From NCBI RefSeq assembly GCF_037042905.1, contig NC_087250.1, positions 6,326,001-6,390,000 on the forward strand: 64,000 bases of DNA, given 5' to 3'. Shown here piece after piece: positions 63,557 through 64,000 of the stretch. Under the pieces are notes generated by a model that worked only from the letters and a program-made list of their open reading frames with translations, was not told where the DNA came from and made no database searches. Source of the DNA: Lytechinus pictus (taxonomy: Eukaryota). Within the stretch, counting starts at the first letter, position 1, and every line of letters starts with the position of its first letter. Both the position numbers and the translations under genes were made by a program.

Positions 63557-64000
63557 GTAAGTATTTTTTCTCTTATTAAAAAAACCAGATCACTTTTCTA
63601 TTCTCGCCTACCCCTTTCCTCATCTACATTAATTTTCCAATTCAGATCTTAGTTTACTCCATGCGTGAAATGTAGCCAAACAGACTAAGAGAAAGCTTCT
63701 GTGGGTGTCGTGGACTCTCTTTATGTATTTCTATTAATTTGCTTTGTTCAGTATTCGTTTTCGTTTGTTTTTTAACAGATATAGATATTGTCTTTGATAA
63801 AGTCGTTGTTTCATCTTTCAGATATAATTATGAAGGGCTAACATGCAAAAGGGACTAAATCCATTTTTATCATTTGGCATTTTATTGCATGTTTTAATGG
63901 ACATTCACCATGTTCATCATACTGATTATAATCCAACTCCCAAATTTTTCAAGAATTTTATTAAAAATGGACGTGAAATATACGTTTTCATGCAAAAGTA

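Overview
AT-rich animal genomic DNA, most likely sea urchin/echinoderm (inferred from the DEATH-NACHT-LRR architecture and the repeat types). One host gene runs across the window on the + strand: an NLR innate-immune receptor with a DEATH exon (1094-1387), a 60-bp linker exon (53808-53867), a NACHT exon (60847-62429) and a first LRR-region exon (63021-63556). All four splice in frame. The 52.4-kb intron after the DEATH exon is mostly nested transposons. An old antisense CR1/L2-type LINE is split by a MITE>L1>(7.6-kb Academ-type foldback rich in RFX X-box motifs + a Penelope element with two hammerhead motifs) stack, and by an AcademX remnant. That remnant holds an L2 LINE with a signal-peptide-like leader and 2A-like peptide, plus a probable P-family excision footprint. 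The old LINE is further split by an intact Tc1 and a third Academ-type element containing a Harbinger-like element. An I-group LINE with RNase H follows. The next intron holds an antisense L1 and a tRNA-like element. No prokaryotic system or CRISPR array is present. All calls come from reading the sequence by eye; no database searches were run.
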